Below, piece by piece: positions 8,402 through 16,939 of a DNA stretch of 64,000 bases (the stretch's first letter is position 1; each line of letters starts with the position of its first letter). Below the pieces are notes generated by a model, which searched no databases, was not told the DNA's origin, and saw only the letters and a list, made by a program, of their open reading frames with translations. The stretch spans positions 146,312 through 210,311 of the forward strand of contig MSGV01000023.1 of assembly GCA_001940845.1 (NCBI GenBank). Direction: 5' to 3'. The position numbers and the translations under genes are program-made. The DNA comes from Christensenellaceae bacterium Phil7 (GTDB taxonomy: Bacteria > Bacillota > Clostridia > Christensenellales > CAG-138).

Positions 8402-10057
8402 TCAATCCGGTCTTGGAAGCGAAGCGGAGCCGGTTCCATAATGTATCTCGCCTTGGACACTCTTATATATATCCTGATAGAGATACTCTTCTTCTCCGAC
8501 AGGGAGATGATTCGAATCATATTTCTGCCGATATACATTTACCACATAACGATTGCGCGGGGTTATAACGACCTTTGAATAACCGCTTGGCCAAAGAGGC
8601 TCTGCAATCATTTTGGGTTCCGGCGGTTCAACCTCCTCAATAGTTTCGGAACGAAGCTCGTAGCTGTATCCGTTGGGATCGATCGTACCGTAGATACTGC
8701 AATATATTTTCTTTGTGTTCATGTCGGCGTACGAAACAATGAAATATGAAGCGTCACTGTTATTCCTCCATCCAAGGTTAGGACCGTACGATGATACTGT
8801 TGCATCAAGTCCAAGTGCGATATAGCTTCCGGGAATTGAATGATGATGCCTCTCCGTAATCTCAATGTTTGGTCCGACCATGAGCAATGAATTATAAAGA
8901 GTCGAGCTTACCTGGCAAATACCTCCTCCTGGGCTATCGACGTATTCCTTGCCGCCGGATATCCCGGCAGCTTGCAGCCATCCATCTGCTTCGGTGCGAG
9001 GTCCGAGGATGCCATTATAGGTCAATTCCTCTCCTGGGAGAATTTCGATGCAGTTCAGCATTCCGGCAGCCTTCTGAACGTTGCGCGATCGATTTGTTCC
9101 ACTAGTGGAGAAATCGGTATTAAATATCGTTATTCTGCCAAAGCCGGACTTCAACTCGGCGACGTTGCCGGTCGGTTGAACTTCCGTTGAAATAAGTTCA
9201 AGCGTTTTGTTATATATTTTATTGTTGTATGAATCGAGTATGCTGTCCTTGAGCGCATCACGATCTATATATTTTCCGGATGAGCCATAATGGAAAATAG
9301 CCTCAGCAACATCTGTACCGGCGATCTTAATTACCATGCTGTCATATACATCTGCCAAAGAGCCTCCGGTTCCAACTCCGGGTTTGCCACCTCCAACAAG
9401 GTTGCGCAGCGTCACATAGGGCTCTATGGGGTCTGTGTCCAGTTCATCGGCAATCGTATCTATAAAACCTATAAGGGCTTCTTCGCTATAGTTTATAGTT
9501 GTAGTGAACTCGAGTCCGTTTTTACTGACTTCCAGTCTTTTATTATAGTTTGCGAGGAAATCGGTGTCGCTTTCTCGCCCGACCTTCATAGCTTCAAGGA
9601 GCACATTATCAACATCGGTTGTCAAACTGAGAGCGGATGCATCGATAATATAGTTATTGCTGCCATAGCTGACAGTATAGAAAATGCTGCTCTTGAGGGC
9701 GTTGAAGCGCTTATAGTAATCATTCCGCACCTCATCATAAGTATTTCCAGCAATGGAGATGCCATCAAGGGTTATTCCGTCGCAGAAGGTATTATTCTCT
9801 ATATAGCCGAAAGGAATACCGCCTGCATAGCCCTGTATCGTGATGCTGCCATCTTCATTCTTTGTGACTGTTGCATTGTTGCTTGCGGTATAGTCCTGAA
9901 CGGCTCGCTTATGATCGGAATCGATGATTAAGCCAATGCATAATTTGGTTATGGATAATACCACTGCGGCAATGGCGGCGATCATAAGCGCAGTCAAAGC
10001 AATATGCTCAGCCTGCCTCAGTGGTATTTTGAGTTTAGGAGTTTTGTTCTTCAACAA
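8402..10057 (-). CDS. VanW/YoaR family protein (membrane-anchored)
   Basis: 551 aa. TTG start 5 nt after GGAGGT. N-terminal TM helix. C-terminal VanW-like core (GGGICQVSSTLYNSLL, HHHSIPGSYIALGLDATV). Confidence 0.75.
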   Translation of the reverse strand: MLKNKTPKLKIPLRQAEHIALTALMIAAIAAVVLSITKLCIGLIIDSDHKRAVQDYTASNNATVTKNEDGSITIQGYAGGIPFGYIENNTFCDGITLDGISIAGNTYDEVRNDYYKRFNALKSSIFYTVSYGSNNYIIDASALSLTTDVDNVLLEAMKVGRESDTDFLANYNKRLEVSKNGLEFTTTINYSEEALIGFIDTIADELDTDPIEPYVTLRNLVGGGKPGVGTGGSLADVYDSMVIKIAGTDVAEAIFHYGSSGKYIDRDALKDSILDSYNNKIYNKTLELISTEVQPTGNVAELKSGFGRITIFNTDFSTSGTNRSRNVQKAAGMLNCIEILPGEELTYNGILGPRTEADGWLQAAGISGGKEYVDSPGGGICQVSSTLYNSLLMVGPNIEITERHHHSIPGSYIALGLDATVSSYGPNLGWRNNSDASYFIVSYADMNTKKIYCSIYGTIDPNGYSYELRSETIEEVEPPEPKMIAEPLWPSGYSKVVITPRNRYVVNVYRQKYDSNHLPVGEEEYLYQDIYKSVQGEIHYGTGSASLPRPD

Positions 10058-10268
10058 TAGCTACCTCCATACATTCTTTTTGTTTGTGTTGAAATTTTTG
10101 CTGTACACAAATTTCCATATTCAATTATAGTGCAAAATTTCAAAAACTGCAACAATGAAGTCTGTATACTATTTGGCACAATGGAGCAGTATCATAGCTT
10201 CGGAAAACATAAAAACTTTAGATATGACATAAATGATAAATATAATTGTAAAAAGACGAAAAAAGGGG

Positions 10269-10297
10269 TTGCAAATTCCCGAAGGAGTGGTTATAAT
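10269..10297 (+). promoter_or_regulatory. sigma-70-type promoter for tRNA-Thr
   Basis: TTGCAA (10269-10274), 17 nt, TATAAT (10292-10297), about 25 nt upstream of the tRNA. Confidence 0.6.
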
Positions 10298-10321
10298 AGC
10301 AATCGTTCCAAAGCGAACCGC

Positions 10322-10397
10322 GCTGGTGTAGCTCAGTAGGTAGAGCACGTCATTGGTAATGACGAGGTAGTCAGTTCGAATCTGATCACCAGCTCCA
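10322..10397 (+). tRNA. tRNA-Thr (anticodon GGT)
   Basis: Cloverleaf read by eye. Acceptor GCTGGTG/CACCAGC, D arm GCTC..GAGC, anticodon loop TTGGTAA (GGT at 10355-10357), T loop TTCGAAT, encoded CCA. Confidence 0.9.
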
Positions 10398-10399
10398 TT

Positions 10400-10429
10400 G
10401 AAGTATTCGAGTTGAATACTTCTTTTTTT
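10400..10429 (+). terminator. intrinsic terminator after tRNA-Thr
   Basis: GAAGTATTC / GAATACTTC stem followed by TTTTTTT. Confidence 0.8.
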
Positions 10430-10432
10430 AGT

Positions 10433-10477
10433 TTGAACAGATAGTCGGCACAATATATGTGCCGACTATCTGTTCAA
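10433..10477. terminator. perfect 20-bp palindromic hairpin overlapping the kinase stop codon
   Basis: TTGAACAGATAGTCGGCACA - ATATA - TGTGCCGACTATCTGTTCAA. On the minus strand it is followed by an A/T-rich run. The right arm contains stop codon 10474-10476. Confidence 0.6.
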
Positions 10478-11646
10478 TTGGCCTGTATGAATCCGGATCT
10501 TTTATTAGGATTATTTGCAGCATCATTGCCCACTGGCATAGATATATCAAATTCGACAAGTCCATCGGGAGTATTGCGAGCGGAGATGCTTCCATCATGC
10601 AGCAGTATGATCTTTTTGACCAGTGCCAGACCAAGCCCGTTTCCCTCAGATCTATGGGATGTATCCCCCTGATAGAATTTTTCGAAAAGATGCTTCATGG
10701 TTTCATCGCTTATTGCAGGGCCGCTATTGGCGATCGTAAAGTTTAGAGTGTCATCATTAATAGCAAGCGAAACATATATCATTCCGCCGTCCGGACTGAA
10801 TTTAATAGCGTTATCAATCAGATTGACAAATACATGGTTCATAAGAGACTCAACTGCATTGAACTCTATATTTTCCATGTTAAGCTCAAACTCAATATTC
10901 TTTGCGCTCCATTTGGGCTCAAGCGATAGAATGTTCCTGCGGATCTGCTCATCGATCCTGTAGACAGTATGTGGCAGCGGCATGGTCTCATTATCCAGCT
11001 TGGAAATGGCAAGGATATTTGCGACAAGCGTCGAGAGTCTTCGGCTGCTGAAGAGAATTCGCTCGGTATATTCGCGCCTATCCTCAATGGATAGGCTTTC
11101 ATCCTGCAGCAAAACGGCATATCCTTCTATCGCTGCGAGCGGTGTCTTGAATTCATGAGAGACATTTGAAACAAAATCATTGCGCAATGTTCCGACGGTG
11201 TTTAATTCATGCACCATATGGTTGAAATCGGAATTGAGCTGATGAACAAAGGCTATCGAAACATCCTCATTCAATTTGACGGTAAAATCTCCTCCGGCCA
11301 CCCGCTTCATAGCGCTGCTTAAAGTATTTATTGGACGAAGAAAATTCTTTGAAATAAGCACCGTTATGAGTGCCCCGATCAACAGACTGGCTCCAAACAT
11401 GCAGAGGATGAGGAACGATAGACTGAAGCTCAATCGGCTAAATAATCCTATTTTCTCAAGCAGAAAGGCGCATAATGTAACGAAGAGGGAACTTCCGACC
11501 AGGATATAGAATACGCATTTTGTGAAATACCATCTTAACCCTTCGGCCGCTTCAACGGTAAAATCGGATGAGTCGAGATCGATAAAATTCTTTTTTTGCC
11601 TTTTTCGTCTGCTTTCTTTTTTCGCAGGATCATTTTCATGATACAT
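10474..11646 (-). CDS. sensor histidine kinase (2 TM + HAMP + HisKA + HATPase_c)
   Basis: 390 aa. H-box SHEFKTPL, N-box NLIDNAIKFS, G-box GNGLGLAL. Overlaps the upstream regulator gene by 11 nt. Confidence 0.9.
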   Translation of the reverse strand: MYHENDPAKKESRRKRQKKNFIDLDSSDFTVEAAEGLRWYFTKCVFYILVGSSLFVTLCAFLLEKIGLFSRLSFSLSFLILCMFGASLLIGALITVLISKNFLRPINTLSSAMKRVAGGDFTVKLNEDVSIAFVHQLNSDFNHMVHELNTVGTLRNDFVSNVSHEFKTPLAAIEGYAVLLQDESLSIEDRREYTERILFSSRRLSTLVANILAISKLDNETMPLPHTVYRIDEQIRRNILSLEPKWSAKNIEFELNMENIEFNAVESLMNHVFVNLIDNAIKFSPDGGMIYVSLAINDDTLNFTIANSGPAISDETMKHLFEKFYQGDTSHRSEGNGLGLALVKKIILLHDGSISARNTPDGLVEFDISMPVGNDAANNPNKRSGFIQAN

Positions 11647-12316
11647 GCCGCTTCACCGCCTTATATCCCAGCCCTCGGATAGTGACGATTTCAAAATCTT
11701 TATTATCCCTGAATCTGTCGCGAAGCCTGTTGATATGCACATCAACGGTACGCGGCTCGGTTTCACTGTCCAACCCCCAGATATCGTCCATTAGCTGCTG
11801 CCTTGTAAAAATTCTGCCCGGATAGGATGTAAGCTTATAAAGAAGCATAAATTCTTTTTGGGGAAGCACCATGCTCTTGCCATCGCATGTTACGGTCATG
11901 GAGTCATATTCCAGAACCGTGCCGCCAATGGTCTGCTTCCGATCACTTATCATCTTCGCACGGCGAAGCAATGCGCCCACGCGTAGAACCATCTCGTTTA
12001 CATCTATGGGCTTAACCATATAGTCATCGGTTCCGGAACCAAACCCACGCTGCATATCATAAAATGAATCCTTGGCTGTAATCATCAGCACGGGGATGCT
12101 GATCCCGCTCTCGCGCAAAGAGGATACCAGCTCGTAACCATCCATGTTGGGCATCATTATATCTGAAACTATGAGATCTATGTATTCGCGGTCAAGCACA
12201 TCCAATGCCTGCTTGCCGTCCGATACACAAATGGTTTGATAGCCGTTATTCGTGAGCACACGGTGGAAGAGCTGAGCCAGCTCTTTATCGTCCTCTGCAA
12301 TTAAAATTTTAAACAT
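11636..12316 (-). CDS. OmpR/PhoB-family response regulator
   Basis: Start MFKILIAEDD. REC domain (DLIVSDIMMP, ITAKD) plus winged-helix output (RTVDVHINRLR, IVTIRGLGYK). Confidence 0.9.
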   Translation of the reverse strand: MFKILIAEDDKELAQLFHRVLTNNGYQTICVSDGKQALDVLDREYIDLIVSDIMMPNMDGYELVSSLRESGISIPVLMITAKDSFYDMQRGFGSGTDDYMVKPIDVNEMVLRVGALLRRAKMISDRKQTIGGTVLEYDSMTVTCDGKSMVLPQKEFMLLYKLTSYPGRIFTRQQLMDDIWGLDSETEPRTVDVHINRLRDRFRDNKDFEIVTIRGLGYKAVKRHVS

Positions 12317-12626
12317 TGATTGTTTTACCTTTCTATAATTTTTATGAGAGCACTCGGATTGGCACTCATGATGCAGAGCGGCAAGAATCAACAACAAAGA
12401 ATATATGGAACATTGATTCTGCTTGCCGCAATCGCTTACTGCATCTCATAATAATATTAAAACATCAAATGAACGTTAATTCAAGCCTTATTTTATTTTA
12501 ATAGGTAAAGTTTTTGGCTGAATAGCGAAAAATATATTTAATTATAAAGCCGGCTTTAAACCCTGTTAACAAAAAATTCGAAAAAAGCTGGTATTATTCA
12601 TTTAAAACAGCAAGGAGGTAGGGAAT

Positions 12627-13496
12627 ATGAGGAAACTCGCAAAAAGATTGGGGATAAAAACCGGATCTATGATCGATGCACAATCGTTCGCACTGTTTTT
12701 GGCTGAGGGATTTCTTTTGATAACGATAACATGGTCCGTATTCGGTAAGCTGCCCGTGAGTGAAAAGATCAATAATATTTTTATCTGTGCCTTGGTGTCC
12801 GCATTGCTTATCATGCCCTGGGTTTTTGAACGCTGCTTCGGAGTGGAATTGCCGGGTTTGCTGAAGATCCTGCTCATAATGCTGATCCTTGGTGGTCCGG
12901 TGCTTGGAAAGATCTATAAGTTCTATTATAAGATAGGACCGTGGGATAAAATCCTGCACACCAGTTCAGGTTTTTTATTTGCAGCAATTGGAGCATTGAT
13001 ACCTCAGCTTGTGGATAAGAAGAACAAGGAGCATTCAACGGCTTTGGTACTTACCTGTGCCTTTTGCTTTACGCTCACTATAGCTGTTTTATGGGAATTT
13101 TTCGAATATGGAATGGATAAATTCTTCAATATGGATATGCAGCAGGACGCATGGGTGCCTGCGGTAAATTCCTATCTGCTTGGGGCGGAGAAGGGGGTTA
13201 TAGGAAGAATCCCAGAGATAAGCTCTGTTATTGTCAATGGTGAGCAGATTGCCGTTAATGGCTATCTGGATATTGGGCTTATAGATACTATGAATGATAT
13301 GCTGGTATGCACTCTTGGCGGCCTTATTTATTGTGCTTGCCGTATGCTTTATCATCATAGAGTAAAGGCTCTTGCATGGTTCAAGAATATCATACCGACC
13401 ATCGCAGATCAGCATGAATTCATGATTCCATCGGGTGATTTTGTTCATGCCGGTGCGGATGCGGTTCTGGACGATCGGCGTGATGATTCGAAATGA
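12627..13496 (+). CDS. multi-pass membrane protein, YjdF/DUF2238-like
   Basis: 289 aa. RBS AAGGAGG. WDKILHTSSG, WEFFEYGMD and DTMNDMLVCTLGG resemble the YjdF motifs DRIAHYLIG, YEIIEWW and DMLADTLGA. Confidence 0.5.
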   Translation: MRKLAKRLGIKTGSMIDAQSFALFLAEGFLLITITWSVFGKLPVSEKINNIFICALVSALLIMPWVFERCFGVELPGLLKILLIMLILGGPVLGKIYKFYYKIGPWDKILHTSSGFLFAAIGALIPQLVDKKNKEHSTALVLTCAFCFTLTIAVLWEFFEYGMDKFFNMDMQQDAWVPAVNSYLLGAEKGVIGRIPEISSVIVNGEQIAVNGYLDIGLIDTMNDMLVCTLGGLIYCACRMLYHHRVKALAWFKNIIPTIADQHEFMIPSGDFVHAGADAVLDDRRDDSK

Positions 13497-13726
13497 TTCG
13501 CAGGAAATATCGATATCTGAGCTCTCAGATGCGTCCGAAATTTCAGCATACATCGCATGGGGAACCATTTGACCGTGGCTCCCCATGCAGATTATTAAAT
13601 AACTGAACCTGATAAGCGTTATCGGCAAATTGAGTCAGTTTGCTTAATTTATGAATATGGGCTTTAATGAGAAACTCAGCCGCCAAAACAATATTATATA
13701 TGAGGCAAAGACTTGCTTTTTTAGTA

Positions 13727-13755
13727 TTGACAACGCCTTTCCGCTTTGTTATAAT
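13727..13755 (+). promoter_or_regulatory. consensus sigma-70 promoter for the tRNA-Ser pair
   Basis: TTGACA (13727-13732), 17 nt, TATAAT (13750-13755) with an upstream TG (extended -10). Confidence 0.7.
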
Positions 13756-13772
13756 AGGCATGTTCTGAACAG

Positions 13773-13861
13773 GGAGAGATGTCCGAGTGGTTTATGGAGC
13801 TGGTCTTGAAAACCAGTGATGCCGCAAGGCACCGGGGGTTCGAATCCCTCTCTCTCCGCCA
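13773..13861 (+). tRNA. tRNA-Ser (anticodon TGA)
   Basis: Acceptor GGAGAGA/TCTCTCC, anticodon loop CTTGAAA (TGA at 13807-13809), long variable arm, T loop TTCGAAT, encoded CCA. Confidence 0.9.
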
Positions 13862-13875
13862 AAGACTTTTATTAT

Positions 13876-13968
13876 GGAGAAGTACCCAAGTGGCTGTAAG
13901 GGGCTCCCCTGCTAAGGGAGTAGGCTCTGCGAAGGGGCGCGAGGGTTCAAATCCCTCCTTCTCCGCCA
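13876..13968 (+). tRNA. tRNA-Ser (anticodon GCT)
   Basis: Acceptor GGAGAAG/CTTCTCC, anticodon loop CTGCTAA (GCT at 13911-13913), long variable arm, T loop TTCAAAT, encoded CCA. Confidence 0.9.
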
Positions 13969-13970
13969 CG

Positions 13971-14005
13971 TCGCAGCAAGCTTATATGGCTTGCTGCGAT
14001 TTTTT
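13971..14005 (+). terminator. intrinsic terminator after the tRNA-Ser pair
   Basis: TCGCAGCAAGC / GCTTGCTGCGA stem followed by TTTTTT. Confidence 0.85.
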
Positions 14006-14083
14006 CTTGGAATGCAATAATAACTCTGCTTCTCCTTTCGTTGAAGGTTCAAAAAACTTTTTAATGTGGCGAGATAAATCAAA

Positions 14084-14659
14084 ATGAACATACTAAAGAA
14101 ATTACCGACTATGCCGTGTACCTTGGCAATCATTGCGGTATGGATTGCTATTTGGGTAATTGTAACTATAAAGGATGTATCCCCTTTGCTCAGCGGCAAG
14201 GGTATGGCTAGGATTGGAAATGAGTACTACCGCCTTTTTACAGCTGGACTTACTCATACAAATGTGATTCACCTGTTGCTTAATGTTTCTGCTATGTTTT
14301 GGGTGGGTTATCTTTATGAGGAGCATATCGGAAGCGTTAAGTTTTTGCTTATCAGCATAGTTTGTGCGGTTCTTGCCCAGTTCATTTTTCTTTACATCTA
14401 TCGCAATGCAGAAGGAAGTATTGGGGGCTCTGTTTACATTTTTGCTCTGTGCGGTTTCAGCTTAACCACGCAATTTCTTTTCCACAACCTCCCAAAGTTA
14501 ACATATGGAACCTGGAGCGGTAACTGGATTATGATATACCTCGTTGCATCCAATATTCTGAAATTATTTGCTCCAGATTTCTCAACTGTAATTATACATG
14601 GAATAGCATTCATACTTGGTATGGCGGCAGCTTTTATTTGCCGATGTTTTGGAATATGA
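14084..14659 (+). CDS. rhomboid-family intramembrane serine protease
   Basis: 191 aa with 6 predicted TM helices. HLLLNVSAMFWVG (TM2 H..N), GGSVYIF (GxSx catalytic Ser) and IIHGIAFILG (catalytic His). Confidence 0.65.
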   Translation: MNILKKLPTMPCTLAIIAVWIAIWVIVTIKDVSPLLSGKGMARIGNEYYRLFTAGLTHTNVIHLLLNVSAMFWVGYLYEEHIGSVKFLLISIVCAVLAQFIFLYIYRNAEGSIGGSVYIFALCGFSLTTQFLFHNLPKLTYGTWSGNWIMIYLVASNILKLFAPDFSTVIIHGIAFILGMAAAFICRCFGI

Positions 14660-14750
14660 TAATCACTGCAATTGGTTGAAGTTCAAAGTCGCTAAGAAGT
14701 ATTTTTTTCAATGAAATTATTCCTTTCAGACGGGTGAAGTTTGTATCTTT

Positions 14751-14773
14751 CTGCCGTTTGCCGGCAGTTTTTT
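14751..14773 (+). terminator. intrinsic terminator after the rhomboid gene
   Basis: CTGCCG-TTTGC-CGGCAG followed by TTTTTT. Confidence 0.6.
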
Positions 14774-14842
14774 ACTTATTCGACTTGAAATCATGGAAAT
14801 GTATGATATAATGATGTGAGAATGAAACAAAGAGGAGGCTTT

Positions 14843-15082
14843 ATGGGCGTAGATAAGAAAAAGCTCCATCGCCGCAAAATGGTGGCGCCGATCTTCGTGT
14901 CGGCGATAATGGTTTTATATTACATAGCTTATTTTGCGGTTATAATCAAATTCATTGATGGGATATTGGCAATCCTCCTTGGCATCATTCCGCTGGCACT
15001 TTGTGGAACGATAATATATGTGTGCATACAGAGAATAAAAGAGATAAGGAACGGTGAAGAAGATGATCTTAGTCAATACTGA
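14843..15082 (+). CDS. small two-TM membrane protein
   Basis: 79 aa from MGVDKKK (RBS GAGGAGG 4 nt upstream). Promoter TTGAAA (14785-14790), 16 nt, TATAAT (14807-14812). The 3' end overlaps the next gene. Confidence 0.55.
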   Translation: MGVDKKKLHRRKMVAPIFVSAIMVLYYIAYFAVIIKFIDGILAILLGIIPLALCGTIIYVCIQRIKEIRNGEEDDLSQY

Positions 15083-15377
15083 TTACATCAGCGGTAAGCA
15101 ATTGGAGATGCTTGGACTCGTAAAGGGCAGCACCATCCAATCCAAGAATTTCGGAAAAGATATTATGCAGAATTTCAAATCCCTCGTTGGCGGTGAACTT
15201 AAGGCTTATAACGAAATGATGAACGAAGCGCGTGCATTGGCAACAAAGCGCATGAAAGCGGAAGCGGAAGCGCTTGGAGCAGATGCGATAGTTAATATAC
15301 GCTACGCTTCTTCGGCAATAATGCAGGGTGCAGCAGAGGTTATCGCATACGGTACGGCTGTAAAGTTTATTGATTAA
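15063..15377 (+). CDS. YbjQ/UPF0145 family protein
   Basis: 104 aa. MILVNTDYISGKQLEMLGLVKGSTIQSKNFGKDI...GADAIVNIRY...AYGTAVKF is canonical UPF0145. An alternative GTG start lies at 15054. Confidence 0.85.
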   Translation: MILVNTDYISGKQLEMLGLVKGSTIQSKNFGKDIMQNFKSLVGGELKAYNEMMNEARALATKRMKAEAEALGADAIVNIRYASSAIMQGAAEVIAYGTAVKFID

Positions 15378-15450
15378 AAGCAGGGGTGAACCCTTAGCTG
15401 ATGTTTCAGTGATTCATCATAGCTTAGCTGAAGCAGAATAACTTTTAGAT

Positions 15451-16170
15451 ATGACCATGATATCTGGGAAGATTGATAAGCGCATTGCGATTTGTGATGA
15501 TGATCCTGTTGATGTTGAATATAACCTCAAGCTGATTAGTGAGTGGGCTGCGCAGCGCGGTATAGCTATCAGGCCGGAGTGTTTCTCTTCGGCAGAAAGC
15601 TTTTTATTTCGGTATGAAGAGAATAATGCATTCGATATTATTTTGCTTGATATAGAAATGGGCGCAATGGATGGGGTTACGCTTGCAAGGAAGATAAGAA
15701 GTGCGAATGCACTTGTGCAAATTATATTTATCACGGGATTTTCTGATTATATTTCTGAGGGTTATGAGGTGGAAGCGCTTCATTACCTGATGAAGCCCAT
15801 TGCAGTTGATAAGCTATATAAAGTGCTCGATCGCGCAGTTGAGAAAATAAAGCTGGGGGAGAGGTGTCTCGATCTCGAATGCTATGGGGAGATTAATCGC
15901 ATACCGTTCTATGAGATACGTTATATAGATGTGCATCAGAATTATGTAACGATTCATGCAGAAAGGGATTATACCGTCAAACGCACGCTGAGCGATATTG
16001 AAAAGGAACTGGATGAGGGCTTTGCAAGAGCCGGAAGAGCAATGATCATTAATCTGCGTTTTATAAGGAGGATTACCAAGCAAGAGGTCATACTTTCCGA
16101 TGGTTCTGAGCTTCCATTACCCAGGGGTGCGTACGAAGCATTGAATCGTGCAATAATTGCAAACGGTTGA
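15451..16170 (+). CDS. LytTR-family response regulator
   Basis: 239 aa. REC domain (IAICDDD, ILLDIEMG, ITGFSD) plus a C-terminal LytTR DNA-binding domain (YIDVHQNYVTIH...). Confidence 0.9.
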   Translation: MTMISGKIDKRIAICDDDPVDVEYNLKLISEWAAQRGIAIRPECFSSAESFLFRYEENNAFDIILLDIEMGAMDGVTLARKIRSANALVQIIFITGFSDYISEGYEVEALHYLMKPIAVDKLYKVLDRAVEKIKLGERCLDLECYGEINRIPFYEIRYIDVHQNYVTIHAERDYTVKRTLSDIEKELDEGFARAGRAMIINLRFIRRITKQEVILSDGSELPLPRGAYEALNRAIIANG

Positions 16171-16178
16171 GGAGCCCT

Positions 16179-16841
16179 ATGTCATTTTTTTCGAAACAAA
16201 TCGATAAGCATATTGCTGCATATCAGCGTGAGCTGATAGAAACGCACTACCGTGAAGTGGATAATATGTATCGTCAGATGCGTGGCTGGCGGCATGATTA
16301 CCGCAACCATATTCAAACCATGAAGGTCTTGGCAGTCAATGAGGATATGGAGGCAATCAAAGCCTATTTAGATAAGCTGGATACGGATTTGAATACGGTT
16401 GATACCGTTGTTAAAACTGGTAACTCAATGGCAGATGCCATTCTCAATAGCAAAATATCTTTGGCACAGTCAAAGCATATCACCGTAGAATGTGATGCCC
16501 ATATTCCGGTGAAGCTGAAAATGTCAGAGATTGATTTATGCTGCATCATAGGAAATCTCTTTGATAACGCAATTGAAGCCAGCATGAAGCTCCCAGAAGA
16601 TCAGCGGATTATCCGGGTCTATATGGATATGAAGGGTACGCAGCTATACATCTCCTTCACAAACTTTACGGCAACGAAGAAACTGGCAAAGGTAGGCAGT
16701 CTGTTCCGTACCACAAAGGGGGAGGGGCATGGCTTTGGTTTGGTGCGCATAGATTCCATCATAGAGCGGCTTGATGGGTATTTGAGCCGAAACAGTGAGG
16801 ATGGTGCTTTCACTACCGAGATTCTCATTCCGCAGATATGA
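16179..16841 (+). CDS. GHKL-type histidine kinase lacking any transmembrane/sensor module (HPK10/AgrC-like DHp+CA core only)
   Basis: About 220 aa. H-box WRHDYRNHIQ near the N-terminus, N-box IIGNLFDNAIEA, G-box GEGHGFGLVRI. No hydrophobic helix. The track start TTG 16167 overlaps the regulator stop; ATG 16179 follows GAGGAG. Confidence 0.8.
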   Translation: MSFFSKQIDKHIAAYQRELIETHYREVDNMYRQMRGWRHDYRNHIQTMKVLAVNEDMEAIKAYLDKLDTDLNTVDTVVKTGNSMADAILNSKISLAQSKHITVECDAHIPVKLKMSEIDLCCIIGNLFDNAIEASMKLPEDQRIIRVYMDMKGTQLYISFTNFTATKKLAKVGSLFRTTKGEGHGFGLVRIDSIIERLDGYLSRNSEDGAFTTEILIPQI

Positions 16842-16869
16842 GATTGCAATTCATCACCGAATTTGAACG

Positions 16870-16904
16870 ATTCATCCCCGGATTGCTCCGAGGATGAATT
16901 TTTG
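16870..16904 (+). terminator. intrinsic terminator or attenuator hairpin between the kinase and ABC genes
   Basis: ATTCATCC (16870-16877) / GGATGAAT (16892-16899) followed by TTTTT. Confidence 0.6.
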
Positions 16905-16939
16905 TGTTAAAATTACCATCAGAAAGGATGGTGGTTTTC

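Noticed and set aside
10130-10453. ORFs 10130-10339(+) and 10169-10453(-) around tRNA-Thr.
   Set aside because: They overlap the tRNA gene, its promoter and its terminators, and their translations are low-complexity. They are not coding.
13089-13761. ORFs 13089-13628(-) and 13543-13761(-), and a hairpin at about 13554-13589 (GCATGGGGA...TCCCCATGC), considered as a gene or ncRNA near the tRNA-Ser pair. tRNA loci can also be integration hot-spots for mobile elements.
   Set aside because: The first ORF is antisense to the DUF2238-like gene and the second spans the tRNA promoter. No integrase, direct repeat of a tRNA 3' end or other island signature flanks either tRNA locus.
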